A stretch of 64,000 nt of DNA from Neocallimastix sp. 'constans' (taxonomy: Eukaryota), in assembly GCA_050613775.1 (NCBI GenBank), contig JBODTK010000106.1, forward strand, positions 186,001 to 250,000. The letters are read 5' to 3'. Position numbers and translations under genes: made by a program. Of the stretch, positions 33,596-48,900 are shown piece by piece (positions within the stretch are counted from its first letter, which is position 1; every line of letters starts with the position of its first letter). Under the pieces are notes generated by a model. It saw only the letters and a program-made list of their open reading frames with translations, ran no database searches and was not told where the DNA came from.

Positions 33596-33610
33596 GATTA
33601 AGAGTCTCAT
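33596..33610 (+). promoter_or_regulatory. Copia A primer-binding site GATTAAGAGTCTCAT
   Basis: Abuts the LTR and is identical to the Copia B PBS. Its reverse complement ATGAGACTCTTAATC matches the anticodon arm of eukaryotic tRNA-Lys(CUU) as I recall it. Confidence 0.8.
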
Positions 33611-33782
33611 CTGTACTCTTAACATTCTCATATAATATTGATAAAATAATATAAAATATCTTTATTAAAATAAAATATTAATTAAATAAAATATTAATAA
33701 AATTACATAATAAAAACACAAAATAATCTTCTTAAAACCCAAATATATAATAATATTAATTATTAAATTAAAAATCAATTAA

Positions 33783-34817
33783 ATGAGTGATTTTATCCCG
33801 TTCAAAAAGGAAGCCATATTGAATGGCAAAAATTTTAATATATGGTATGATAATTTAACGGACATATTGGAGAAAGATGACTTAGCTGAATATCTAACTA
33901 AAGATATATTGGAAGAAGCCAAAAGGGACAATACCAAAAAGGAAGAAGAAATAAAGGAAATCAAGAAAACGAACACAAAAGTCCGTTATATTATTAAAAA
34001 TACCATAAATTCCAAAATCCATGAAGATATTATTGGCATGAACACTCCATATGCCATAATAAATTATCTAAGAGAAGAATACAAATTAAGTGAGAATGAC
34101 ATGACTCAATGGATTAGTAAACTTAAAAATGTCAAAGCTGAAAAGGAAACAGAAATACCTTCAGCTATTAAGGAAATCTTTAAATTATTTAATGGCATGA
34201 ACTCCTCCGGAAATATTATCTCCGAAAAAGAAAAAGTAAAATATTTATTAAGAGCATTACCAAAAAGTTATAAAATGAAATTAACTTTAAATGGTAATGA
34301 AACAGCCGAAGAATTAAAAACAACTATAGTAAAAGATATAAACACCTGGTTATATGTCGATGAACAAACAGATAAAGACCAACGATCATATGATCCAATG
34401 GACATCGACTATGCTGGGAAACTTGGATACAAGAATAGGAAAAATTTAAAAAACAAGAACAATAATAAAAATTTTTCCAAAAAAGGAAATCCAAGTAAAC
34501 AAAACAACAAAGAAAAATTTAATAATAATAAATATAACAATAATAATAAATACTGCGAAATCTGTGAAAGGAGGGGTCATTCTACCAAAGAATGTAGGTA
34601 TAATCCAAGAAACCCAAATGGATTATACAATAAATACTACATTCAAGATGAACAAAAATTAAATAATTATCACACTCATAATAATTGGCATAATGGAAGA
34701 CCCATAAGATATATTAATTTAAATGATGAATATAATGAAAATATATCTTATGATGATATAAAGCCAATGTTTTATAAATATTATAATCCTAAAAGCAAAG
34801 GAAAATATGTGGATGAT
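33783..34817 (+). CDS. gag: Copia A gag (N-terminal part of gag-pol, cut by the Gypsy insertion)
   Basis: LNGKNFNIW Copia gag start, DPMDID motif and CCHC knuckle CEICERRGHSTKEC. Confidence 0.9.
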
Positions 34818-35429
34818 TGTAACGAATATTGGAATATCCGTGTTTTAAAGAGTGTAACACAATAGGTAAGCACTTTTTGATTAATAAGTAATTTGGTTTT
34901 TTAAAATATAGTTTTATTAATTAAGAAATTTAAAAATATTAATTATAAGGATTAATTATTGTAATATTTCGAATTACTTATTAATTAATTCAATAATTAA
35001 TAAAAACACAATTTTTAAAAAATATTTTTTTTTTTTTGGCTGCGAAATTCACTCCTATTTATAGTTTTTCAAAATTTAAATCCATAAAAATTTAAAACCA
35101 TAAAATCATTAAAAAGTTTCATAAAAATTGATTATTTTCGGTTAAAAAGAATCTAAAAGAAATAATGATAAAAGATAAATTAAAATAGAATTTCTATCTG
35201 ATTTGTTTCTATTAATTTCTAAGAATTTCTTTTGTTAATTTTTTACAGAAATTTATACAGAAACAAATACAGAAACAAATACAGAAATGAAGTATAAAAA
35301 TTCTTTAAAATTTAAATGATATAAAATTTTAGTAAAGGTGTGAGTTGAACCCTAGTGGTTCAGGCTGAGGTCATAGTGACTAACCACTATGCCAGCATTC
35401 TAATTTCTAATTTTTTAAGATTCGTTACA
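34818..35429 (-). repeat. Gypsy 3' LTR
   Basis: Repeat of 40284-40895 with TGTAACGAAT..ATTCGTTACA inverted termini. Confidence 0.95.
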
Positions 35430-35649
35430 TGGTCCTCCTCTAGGATTCGGATGCCAGACGAATCTTTTGCTTTAAATCTAAACTATTTCTAATTCTAACT
35501 TTTATAATAATAAACTATAACTAAAATACTTATAGGAGTGATAATTTAATTAATACATTGGATAATAAAAATTACATGAATTTTAAGTTTTAAAAATAAA
35601 GTATAAAAATAAAACTATCTAGAATAAATGTTTTTGAATAATATAAAAT

Positions 35650-35687
<38 letters not shown>

Positions 35688-35755
35688 ATCATAAGTTAGA
35701 ATGATTAATAGTACTTTGATGAAATAAAATTTATTTTTGATTAAATGATTTATAT

Positions 35756-39640
<3,885 letters not shown>

Positions 39641-39874
39641 TTAGTTATTATAATTATTGATTTTGATTGAATAATAAATATACAATATAATTAATTATTA
39701 GAAGAAGTAAATATTTAATTTCAATATAAATAATTTTAATTTCAAGGATGGTTATATGGATTATTGAAAATATTAATAATTTTAATATATAGTAAAATTC
39801 AAGGGTTCCGATTGAATTTATAAATTCATGAATGAATTTTGGTAGAAAAGTTTATAGTCTTGGTAAGTGGTTTC

Positions 39875-40237
39875 AAAAATAGTAGAAAATGGGATTCCTT
39901 AACGGGGTTCCAAAAATAGTAGTAGAAAATGGGATTCCTTAACGGGGTTCCAAAAATAGTAGTAGAAAATGGGATTCCTTAACGGGGTTCCAAAAATAGT
40001 AGTAGAAAATGGGATTCCTTAACGGGGTTCCAAAAATAGTAGTAGAAAATGGGATTCCTTAACGGGGTTCCAAAAATAGTAGTAGAAAATGGGATTCCTT
40101 AACGGGGTTCCAAAAAAGAATAGTAGTAAATGGGATTCCTTAACGGTGTTCCAAAAATAGTAATAGAAAATGGGATTCCTTAACGGGGTTCCAAAAATAG
40201 TAGTAGAAAATGGGATTCCTTAACGGGGTTCCAAAAA
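39875..40237. repeat. ~40-bp tandem repeat x9 in the Gypsy 5' leader
   Basis: Unit aaaaatagtagtagaaaatgggattccttaacggggttcc, with cores at 39891, 39931, 39971, 40011, 40051, 40091, 40132, 40172 and 40212. Confidence 0.95.
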
Positions 40238-40283
40238 GAGTAAAAGTGCAAAGGTATTGTGCTTAGTTTAGTGGTGTTTTTAT

Positions 40284-40895
40284 TGTAACGAATATTGGAA
40301 TATCCGTGTTTTAAAGAGTGTAACACAATAGGTAAGCACTTTTTGATTAATAAGTAATTTGGTTTTTTAAAATATAGTTTTATTAATTAAGAAATTTAAA
40401 AATATTAATTATAAGGATTAATTATTGTAATATTTCGAATTACTTATTAATTAATTCAATAATTAATAAAAACACAATTTTTAAAAAATATTTTTTTTTT
40501 TTTGGCTGCGAAATTCACTCCTATTTATAGTTTTTCAAAATTTAAATCCATAAAAATTTAAAACCATAAAATCATTAAAAAGTTTCATAAAAATTGATTA
40601 TTTTCGGTTAAAAAGAATCTAAAAGAAATAATGATAAAAGATAAATTAAAATAGAATTTCTATCTGATTTGTTTCTATTAATTTCTAAGAATTTCTTTTG
40701 TTAATTTTTTACAGAAATTTATACAGAAACAAATACAGAAACAAATACAGAAATGAAGTATAAAAATTCTTTAAAATTTAAATGATATAAAATTTTAGTA
40801 AAGGTGTGAGTTGAACCCTAGTGGTTCAGGCTGAGGTCATAGTGACTAACCACTATGCCAGCATTCTAATTTCTAATTTATTAAGATTCGTTACA
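40284..40895 (-). repeat. Gypsy 5' LTR
   Basis: Repeat of 34818-35429; minus-strand TATAAATA at 40522-40529. Confidence 0.95.
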
Positions 40896-40900
40896 ATGAT

Positions 40901-43900
40901 GATGATTCAGATGAATATCAAGAATCTGAAAAATCAAATTGTTTCATAAATTATGATAAAGAAGACGTTAAAAATGAAGTTTTAATTAAAAATAATATAA
41001 TAACACGAGTAGAAAATAAATTAAATTTAGCTAATGAAATTTTTATAAATAATATTAATAAAAAGGAAATAAATACAAATAATACAAATGAAATTTTTAA
41101 TATTAATTACAATAAAAAAGAAACATCAGAATGGTTATATGATTCAGGTGCTGGTGAACATATAACTAATGATCTAAGTCTGCTTAAAAATTTTAAAAAA
41201 GAAAAAATAAAGTTAAGATGTGCAAATAATACTTATTGCTATTTTGAAGGCCATGGTGAATTTGAATTTACTATTAATAATTATCATTTTAAATTTAACA
41301 AAGTATTATATTCAAAAGAAGTAGCTAAAAATATTATTAGTGGAATAGAATGGGCAAAACAAGATGTTAAAACCTTGACAGAAAAGGATAAACACAATAA
41401 TATTATCCTCAGAATTTTAGATAACAATTATAATATTATTGCCACATTCCAAGCTAATAATAACAATGAAGTTAAAATTGTAGTTACTCATTTCAATATT
41501 GAAAATGAAAGAAATAATAAAAATAATCTTATGGCAATCCAAAATTTTCGGAATGCTGAAGAGTTAACTTGGCATCGACGGCTTGGTCATTTCTACCAAG
41601 AAGATTTGAAGAATTATCTAAATAATCATGAAATTAACTTAGATAAGTGTGATGATTGCAAAATTGCGAAAATGAAACGCAATCCACACAATAAAACTCC
41701 TCCTAGAGCTAAAGAGATCTTAGAAGTTATACATTCAGATATTATTGGTCCTATTAACACATCTTATACTGGAAAAAGGTTCATTCTTACTATCTTAGAT
41801 GAAGCTTCTAGAAAATCATGGGTTTTTATAATGAAGAGTAAATCAGAAGCTACTGATATTATTATCAATACCTTAAGAATGCTTAATAATAAATATAAGG
41901 ATCATAAAATTAAAGTTTTTAAATCGGATAACGCAAAGGAATATAAAAACAAGAAAATTGATTCCTTTTGCAATGAAAATGGAATTGAAAAAGTATTCTC
42001 TCCTCCGTATAATCCTGAAAATAATGGACTATGTGAAAGATTTAATCTTACTATTGTTTCCTGCGCGAAAACCTTGTTATATTGGAGTGGACTTAGTGAA
42101 AACTTCTGGGACTTTGCGATATTATACGCTAACTATATATACAACAAAGTTCCTCATTCTGGAATTCATAACAAAATTCCAGATGAAATATTCTACAAAA
42201 ACAAAGTAAAAATTAATCACATCAAGGTATTCGGTTGTATCACCTTCTATATTGACAGAAGCCAAAATAAATCCAAATTTTCACCTAATTCTAAGAAAGG
42301 AATTTTTCTTGGATTTAGTGAAAAAACTAATAGCTATATTATTATGGATTTCAATGATAATTCAATTCATTATTGTAGAGAAATTTACTGTTTAGAAGAT
42401 ACTCCTGCTAATGTAAAATTAGCAAACAATAAATCAAATCAATATGGTGATCAGGAATTTCTTACTTTTGATTTTTATTTTTCGAAGAATTTACCAGACT
42501 CATCTGGTGGAGAAAATCATAAAGCTGGTAACCATAGTAGTAAACCTTCTGAAAATAAATTTAATAACAACAACAAAGAAAATAGCAAAAATACCAAAGA
42601 AAATTATTCATCATTACCTATCACAAACAATGATGATTTACAAGAAAATTTAAATAAGGACAATTCCCCTAAAAGAGATAAAGGGAAAAGCCCAGAGACT
42701 GAGGATTCTAACGATACCAATATCAATAATAATATTGGTAAGGACAAAGAAATAAAAATCGCAGAAGAAGAGACCCAAAACTACAAAAATCAAGAAAATT
42801 TCAAAAATCATTCTGATGAAAATTTTTCTGATAATAAAAATTTTTCAAAAAATGAAGAAAATTCAATAAACAAAAACAAAAATTTTAATGAAACCTTATC
42901 GAATAATAATTCTAATCAAGAGAAAAATTTTTCTGAAAATTCAAATATAAATAAGGTTAAAAATTCTAAAACTCAAAATAATAATAAAATTACTGATGAA
43001 GAAAAATTTTTTGATATTAACGACAAAACCTTATTTAATAAGAAATCCAATAATCAAGGAAAAGTTAATGAACAAACCAATATGTCTTCAAATAAATCTA
43101 ATATAATTAAAGAAAATTTTAATAAAAATTTTTCTGAAACAAATATTAAAAATAATATATCTACCAGTACTACTGATAATATATCTAAATCCAAAAATTT
43201 TTCAAACCCAAATTATTATAATTTTCCTTCTTCTTCTCAAGAAAATACTATGTTTAATAGAAATAATATTATCTCTTCTTACATCGACAAAAAGTTCCCT
43301 TTTAATGGCAGAAGAAGTGTTAAAGAACTACATATAGATAACCAAAATTATTTTAATACAAATTCATTCAATAGAATTAATTTACCTCATCATAGGAGCA
43401 ATTTTCATTTCAAAAATAATAAAAATTTTGAAAATGGAAATATTGATTACTTATTTTCAAATAATCATTTTAAAATTAAGAAAAATAATTATTTACATAT
43501 TAAAAAACAGTTTAATTTTAAAAAACACGGAAGGTCACTTTCGGACGATTTAACACCTTCCCAATCACAAAAATTTCGTAGATCAAACTTTAATTCAAAA
43601 ATTATTGCTACTTTGGACAATTTTGTGCCCCAATCATTTTTCCAAGCCACAAATTGTAAAGACCACGTTCTATGGGAAAAAGCTATGGATAACGAACTGG
43701 ATAATCTTTATACTAATAAAATTATGACTTTTGTGAACAATATTCCAGATGGTAAGAAACCCATTCCTTCCAAATGGGTCTACGCTCTTAAGACTGATGG
43801 TCTTGGCCATATTATTAAACATAAAGCTCGTTTTGTCGCTAAAGGTTTCTCTCAAAAATATGGCATTGATTATGAGTTGACTTTCTCTCCTACCCTTAAT

Positions 43901-45148
43901 ATCGATTGTTTAAAACTTCTTATCTCCTTAGCTGCTAAATTTAAATGGGACATTCTCCAATTAGATATCAAAGCTGCGTATCTCAACGCGGATTTAGACA
44001 AAGATATCTATGTCAAAATTCCCCCTGGAGATCCTAACTTTGGGAGGGGATATTGGAAATTGAACAAAGCATTATACGGTTTAAAACAATCTGGCCGACA
44101 ATGGTATAATACCATCTCTAAATTTTTAATTGAACAAGGAATGGAGCAACTAAAATCTGAAAGTTGCGTTTTTAAGAAAATCGTAAATGGAAAATTAGTC
44201 TGTATAATTGGCTTATACGTAGACGATATGATTGTTACTGGAGAAAAGGAAGAAATTAACAAAATCTTCAATAAAATTAAAAACAAATTCAAGATCTCAA
44301 AATCTGGTCCAATAGACTACTTATTGGGAATTAAAGTTGAAAATAGAAATAACACTTATACATTATCTCAAACACAATTTATAGAAAATATTTTAAAAAC
44401 ATTTAATATCAATAACAAAAGACTAAGAAAAACACCATGTGTTGGTGATAATACAATATCAGAAAATAACCAACCATTCAACAAAACAAAATATAAAAGT
44501 GCAATTGGTATGTTAATTTATTTATCAAAATGTACCAGACCCGACATTGCATTTTCAGTCAACAAAGCTGCCAGAAATTCAGAAAATCCAACAGTATCTG
44601 ACTGGCACAAAGTTATTGCAATATTACAATATTTAAAAAATACCAAAAATTACAAAATTAAATATGATGGCACTGGTAACATTGTAGGTTACACAGATTC
44701 AGACTTCGCTGGTGACGTTACTGACAGAAAATCAACATCTGGTAATATTATCTTAATGGGAAATAATCCAATATCCTGGACCTCGAAAAAACAGTCAGTT
44801 GTCGCCACATCAACAGCAGAAGCTGAATACATAAGTGCGTCAGTATGTATCAAGAAATTATTAAGAATTAAAAATATATTATACGAATTACTCAAATTTA
44901 ATAAACCACTAACATTATTCACAGACAATAATGCAAGTAAAATTTCAATGGAAAATGGAGAATTAAATCCAAAATTAAAACATATTTCAATTAAATATCA
45001 CTTTAATAGAGACAATATTGAGAAAAATTTAATTAAATTAAAATATATCAGTACTGATAAAATGCTAGCTGACACATTAACAAAATGTGTAAATGGTACT
45101 AAAATGACAACCTTTGCAAATCAAATTTTCATTACAAATGAAAACTGA
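40901..45148 (+). CDS. pol: Copia A pol (PR, IN, long Asn-rich linker, RT, RNase H), in frame with gag once the insertion is removed
   Basis: Open from 40901: WLYDSGAGEH; WHRRLGH..CDDC; HSDIIGP; SDNAKEY; QLDIKAAYLNA; ALYGLKQSGRQW; YVDD; TDSDFAGD..RKSTSG. Confidence 0.95.
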   Translation, partial: DDSDEYQESEKSNCFINYDKEDVKNEVLIKNNIITRVENKLNLANEIFINNINKKEINTNNTNEIFNINYNKKETSEWLYDSGAGEHITNDLSLLKNFKKEKIKLRCANNTYCYFEGHGEFEFTINNYHFKFNKVLYSKEVAKNIISGIEWAKQDVKTLTEKDKHNNIILRILDNNYNIIATFQANNNNEVKIVVTHFNIENERNNKNNLMAIQNFRNAEELTWHRRLGHFYQEDLKNYLNNHEINLDKCDDCKIAKMKRNPHNKTPPRAKEILEVIHSDIIGPINTSYTGKRFILTILDEASRKSWVFIMKSKSEATDIIINTLRMLNNKYKDHKIKVFKSDNAKEYKNKKIDSFCNENGIEKVFSPPYNPENNGLCERFNLTIVSCAKTLLYWSGLSENFWDFAILYANYIYNKVPHSGIHNKIPDEIFYKNKVKINHIKVFGCITFYIDRSQNKSKFSPNSKKGIFLGFSEKTNSYIIMDFNDNSIHYCREIYCLEDTPANVKLANNKSNQYGDQEFLTFDFYFSKNLPDSSGGENHKAGNHSSKPSENKFNNNNKENSKNTKENYSSLPITNNDDLQENLNKDNSPKRDKGKSPETEDSNDTNINNNIGKDKEIKIAEEETQNYKNQENFKNHSDENFSDNKNFSKNEENSINKNKNFNETLSNNNSNQEKNFSENSNINKVKNSKTQNNNKITDEEKFFDINDKTLFNKKSNNQGKVNEQTNMSSNKSNIIKENFNKNFSETNIKNNISTSTTDNISKSKNFSNPNYYNFPSSSQENTMFNRNNIISSYIDKKFPFNGRRSVKELHIDNQNYFNTNSFNRINLPHHRSNFHFKNNKNFENGNIDYLFSNNHFKIKKNNYLHIKKQFNFKKHGRSLSDDLTPSQSQKFRRSNFNSKIIATLDNFVPQSFFQATNCKDHVLWEKAMDNELDNLYTNKIMTFVNNIPDGKKPIPSKWVYALKTDGLGHIIKHKARFVAKGFSQKYGIDYELTFSPTLNIDCLKLLISLAAKFKWDILQLDIKAAYLNADLDKDIYVKIPPGDPNFGRGYWKLNKALYGLKQSGRQWYNTISKFLIEQGMEQLKSESCVFKKIVNGKLVCIIGLYVDDMIVTGEKEEINKIFNKIKNKFKISKSGPIDYLLGIKVENRNNTYTLSQTQFIENILKTFNINNKRLRKTPCVGDNTISENNQPFNKTKYKSAIGMLIYLSKCTRPDIAFSVNKAARNSENPTVSDWHKVIAILQYLKNTKNYKIKYDGTGNIVGYTDSDFAGDVTDRKSTSGNIILMGNNPISWTSKKQSVVATSTAEAEYISASVCIKKLLRIKNILYELLKFNKPLTLFTDNNASKISMENGELNPKLKHISIKYHFNRDNIEKNLIKLKYISTDKMLADTLTKCVNGTKMTTFANQIFITNEN

Positions 45149-45160
45149 TTTGAGGGGGAG

Positions 45161-45622
<462 letters not shown>

Positions 45623-45925
45623 TGATAACTACTTAATAATTATACTATATATTTATTTATATTATTTTATATATTTATTTATTATGTAATTTATTAAAGT
45701 GTACTTGTGTTAATGTTTTATGTAAATTAGTTAATACGTTTATTTTATATTGTATAAACTATGTCAACAATCATTTTAATTATTTTGTGTAACATGTATT
45801 TACGTAACAAATGTATTCATGTGATATAGTTCTATATAAACATCATGAATGTACTATCCACTTCTCTCTTTGTTAACCATAATACTTTCGTATTATTATA
45901 TTAAATAAATAAACAACATATATCA

Positions 45926-45940
45926 GATTAAGAGTCTCAT
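45926..45940 (+). promoter_or_regulatory. Copia B primer-binding site GATTAAGAGTCTCAT
   Basis: Immediately follows the LTR terminal CA and is identical to the Copia A PBS. Confidence 0.8.
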
Positions 45941-45984
45941 TCGATTCTATTCTAATATTAAAAGTTTTTTTTAAAAAATACGAC

Positions 45985-48900
45985 ATGCCTCAAGAAACTA
46001 CTTTAGCTAAAGACCAACGCCTTCGTGGAAAGTCTAACTTCAACGAATGGAAACTTTTTATTGTAACCGCTGCCAAAACTCAAGGTATTGAAGACTTTTT
46101 AGAAGATGATATTATCAGTCATCTAAATAATGAATTCTTTGTTTACGCCCCAAACGGTAATGAACCAACCAACAGGGTCATTACGGACATTCTTAACAAT
46201 TTAAACCTCCCAATTCCTGGTCAAGAACCTCGTCCTGTTAGAGAAAACAATGACGCACCAGAGAATGTAAACAATAATGCTCTAGAACCATTATTGGATA
46301 ATAGAACAAAAAGACTAATTATCAAAGAGGCTATAAAAATGGATGCCGAATTGATGTTATTGATTTTAAAAAATATTGACGAAAAAATCGTTAAAGAGAT
46401 AAGTCGTCTGACTAACAGTTATCGTATTATGGAAAAACTCAAGGGAAAATACGGTAACAACAACGCTGATATGGAGTACTGGCTTAAAATACTCAAAAGT
46501 TTAAAGCCAAAGAACAAAAATGAAGTAATCAAAATGTTGGACCAAGCGAAAGAAATTTTCGTAGAAATGGAAGAAGTTGATTTAGGTATTACAAACAAGG
46601 AAAAATTAAAATACCTATATAACATTCTTACTGATGACTATAAAAATATTGTTCAATTCGACTTGAACAGTGATGCAGATGAGTACTTAGATACTCTCAA
46701 AAGAATTATCTCAGCAAGGTCATATGTTGAAAACTGGGATGACATTAAAGAAAAAGATGAAGATGATGATCCTATGGACCTTGATTACCTTAGCAAGAGG
46801 AAAAGAACTACAAAATTAAACAAAAAACCTTCAAGTTCAATTAACAATAAGAAAAATAAACATAAATATAAGAAAGATAATAAAAGTTATTGTCATATAT
46901 GTGATATGAACGGACATTCCACAAAAGAATGTCATTTCAATCTTAAAAGCAAAGAAAACAATATTAAAAATCAGTATAATAATAAAAAAGGGAGGCAAAA
47001 TCAACAACAAGAGAAGAAATCATTAAATTACTTGGTAAACTCAAGAAACTATAATGATTATAGAAATAATAGTACTCCAAAATACACCAAAAATGAAGAT
47101 TACTCTGATAATGCCAGCAATTACGATGAAAACTTTGATTTTGAGGATGCTAGAGCATTAATGTATCAGAGAAAGCAAAATAATAAATATATAAATTTAT
47201 TGGAGGTTATTCCAAATAATAACAAAAATACTCGTGATTTTGATAACATATACGATAAATCTATTGATTTTATTAATCATAGTAACTTAATAACAGATGA
47301 TGTTACATGGTTTTATGATACAGGTGCCGGTGAACATGTAACGAATGATAAATCTTTACTTGTGAACTTTAAATATGAATCCGTTAAGTTGTGTTGTGCA
47401 AATGGTTCAATTTGCCAATTTGAAGGATATGGAACTTATGAGTGTTTCATAAATAAACAATATATTAAACTTGAAAAAGTTTTATTTTCCAAAAATGTTC
47501 ACAAAAATCTTATTAGTGGTATAGAACTTGCAAAATCAGGTTTTATTTCTTTAATTGATTCTTCTGATGGAGAAAAAGCTAGACTAAAATTGTGGGATAA
47601 GAATAAAACTAATCTAGGTACATTCCTATCATCTAAATATAATCAATTTCCTATCAAAACACAACATTTAAACAGTAATAAAATAATAGGAAATGATATA
47701 ATGCATATAGGTAAATTAGATGACAAAAGTATTGAAATATGGCATAGAAGATTAGGCCATTTTTATCAAAGTAATTTACCTAAATACCTAGATCTACATA
47801 ATATAAAAGCTCCTCCATGCATAGATTGCAAAATTTCTAAGATGAGGAGGGGATCTCATAAAGGGAAAACTCCAAAGGCAACAGAACTCCTGGAAATAAT
47901 TCATTCAGACATTTCTGGGCCGTATAATCTATCCATTAATAACAAGAAATACTTTCTCACAATGATGGACGAATTCTCTAGAAAAGTCTGGATATTTACT
48001 CTTAAGTCAAAAGCTGAAGCTCCAGATAAAATAATAGAATTCTTTACTTATCTAAATAATCAATTTAAGGATTATACGATAAAAATATTTAAATCTGATG
48101 GAGGAAAGGAATATAAAAATAAAAAGATAAACAAATATTGTAAAGAAAATGGTATCGAAAAGGTGTATTCTCCTCCTTATTGCCCAGAAATAAACGGAAA
48201 AGCTGAAAAAATTAATAATACACTTAGAAATTCAGCAAAAACACTTATGTATTGGGCTAAATTATCGGAAAACTTCTGGAACTTTGCGATAAAGCATGCT
48301 TGTTATTTATACAATATGATTCCACATTCAGGAAACAATAATTTAATTCCTGACGAAGTATTTTATAATAAAAAAGTAAATATAAAACATTTAAGAACTT
48401 TTGGATGCACTTGCTACTTCAGAGACCAAAGTCCACACAAACCCAAATTTCAACCAAATTCAAGGAAAGGCATTTTTCTTGGTTTTGACAAAAAGAAATA
48501 TTCGTATATTATTATGGACAAAGAAACTAGAAAATTAAATTATGTTAGTGACATTGAATGCGTTGAAGAAGAACCAGGAAATTTTAAATATCCGAATAAC
48601 GGCTTCCAAGACCCTTATTTCTCTTTTACTAAAATGGACCTTGATGAAAGAAACATGAGAAATAGAAATATAAATGACGATAATAATTATAATGACAATA
48701 ATCTTCTAAATGAAAATATCAATTTAAATGAGAACAATATTTTAAACATAAATAATAATTTAAATCTAGATAATAATGTAAATGAAGATAATAATATCAA
48801 TATAGCTAAAGACAATAACGAGAACAATGTTTTAAATGAAAACAATAATGAGAATAACAATGAAAATAATAATAATAATTTGGACAATATTAATTTAAAT

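Noticed and set aside
35430..35450. TGGTCCTCCTCTAGG next to an LTR looks like a tRNA PBS on the + strand
   Set aside because: The element is on the minus strand, so this is the polypurine tract (AGAGGAGGACCA) before the 3' LTR.
39875..40237. CRISPR-like appearance of the 40-bp array
   Set aside because: The spacers are near-identical, there are no cas genes, and the array lies inside a eukaryotic retrotransposon leader.
40803..40863. Functional tRNA gene or hammerhead ribozyme in the Gypsy LTR
   Set aside because: I could not build an acceptor stem or anticodon arm, and the CUGANGA/GAAA hammerhead core is missing. Kept only as an A/B-box finding.
41375..45148. ORF-track start at 41375 as an independent pol gene
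   Set aside because: The frame is open back to 40901 and includes the protease motif. It is the severed 3' part of the Copia A gag-pol.
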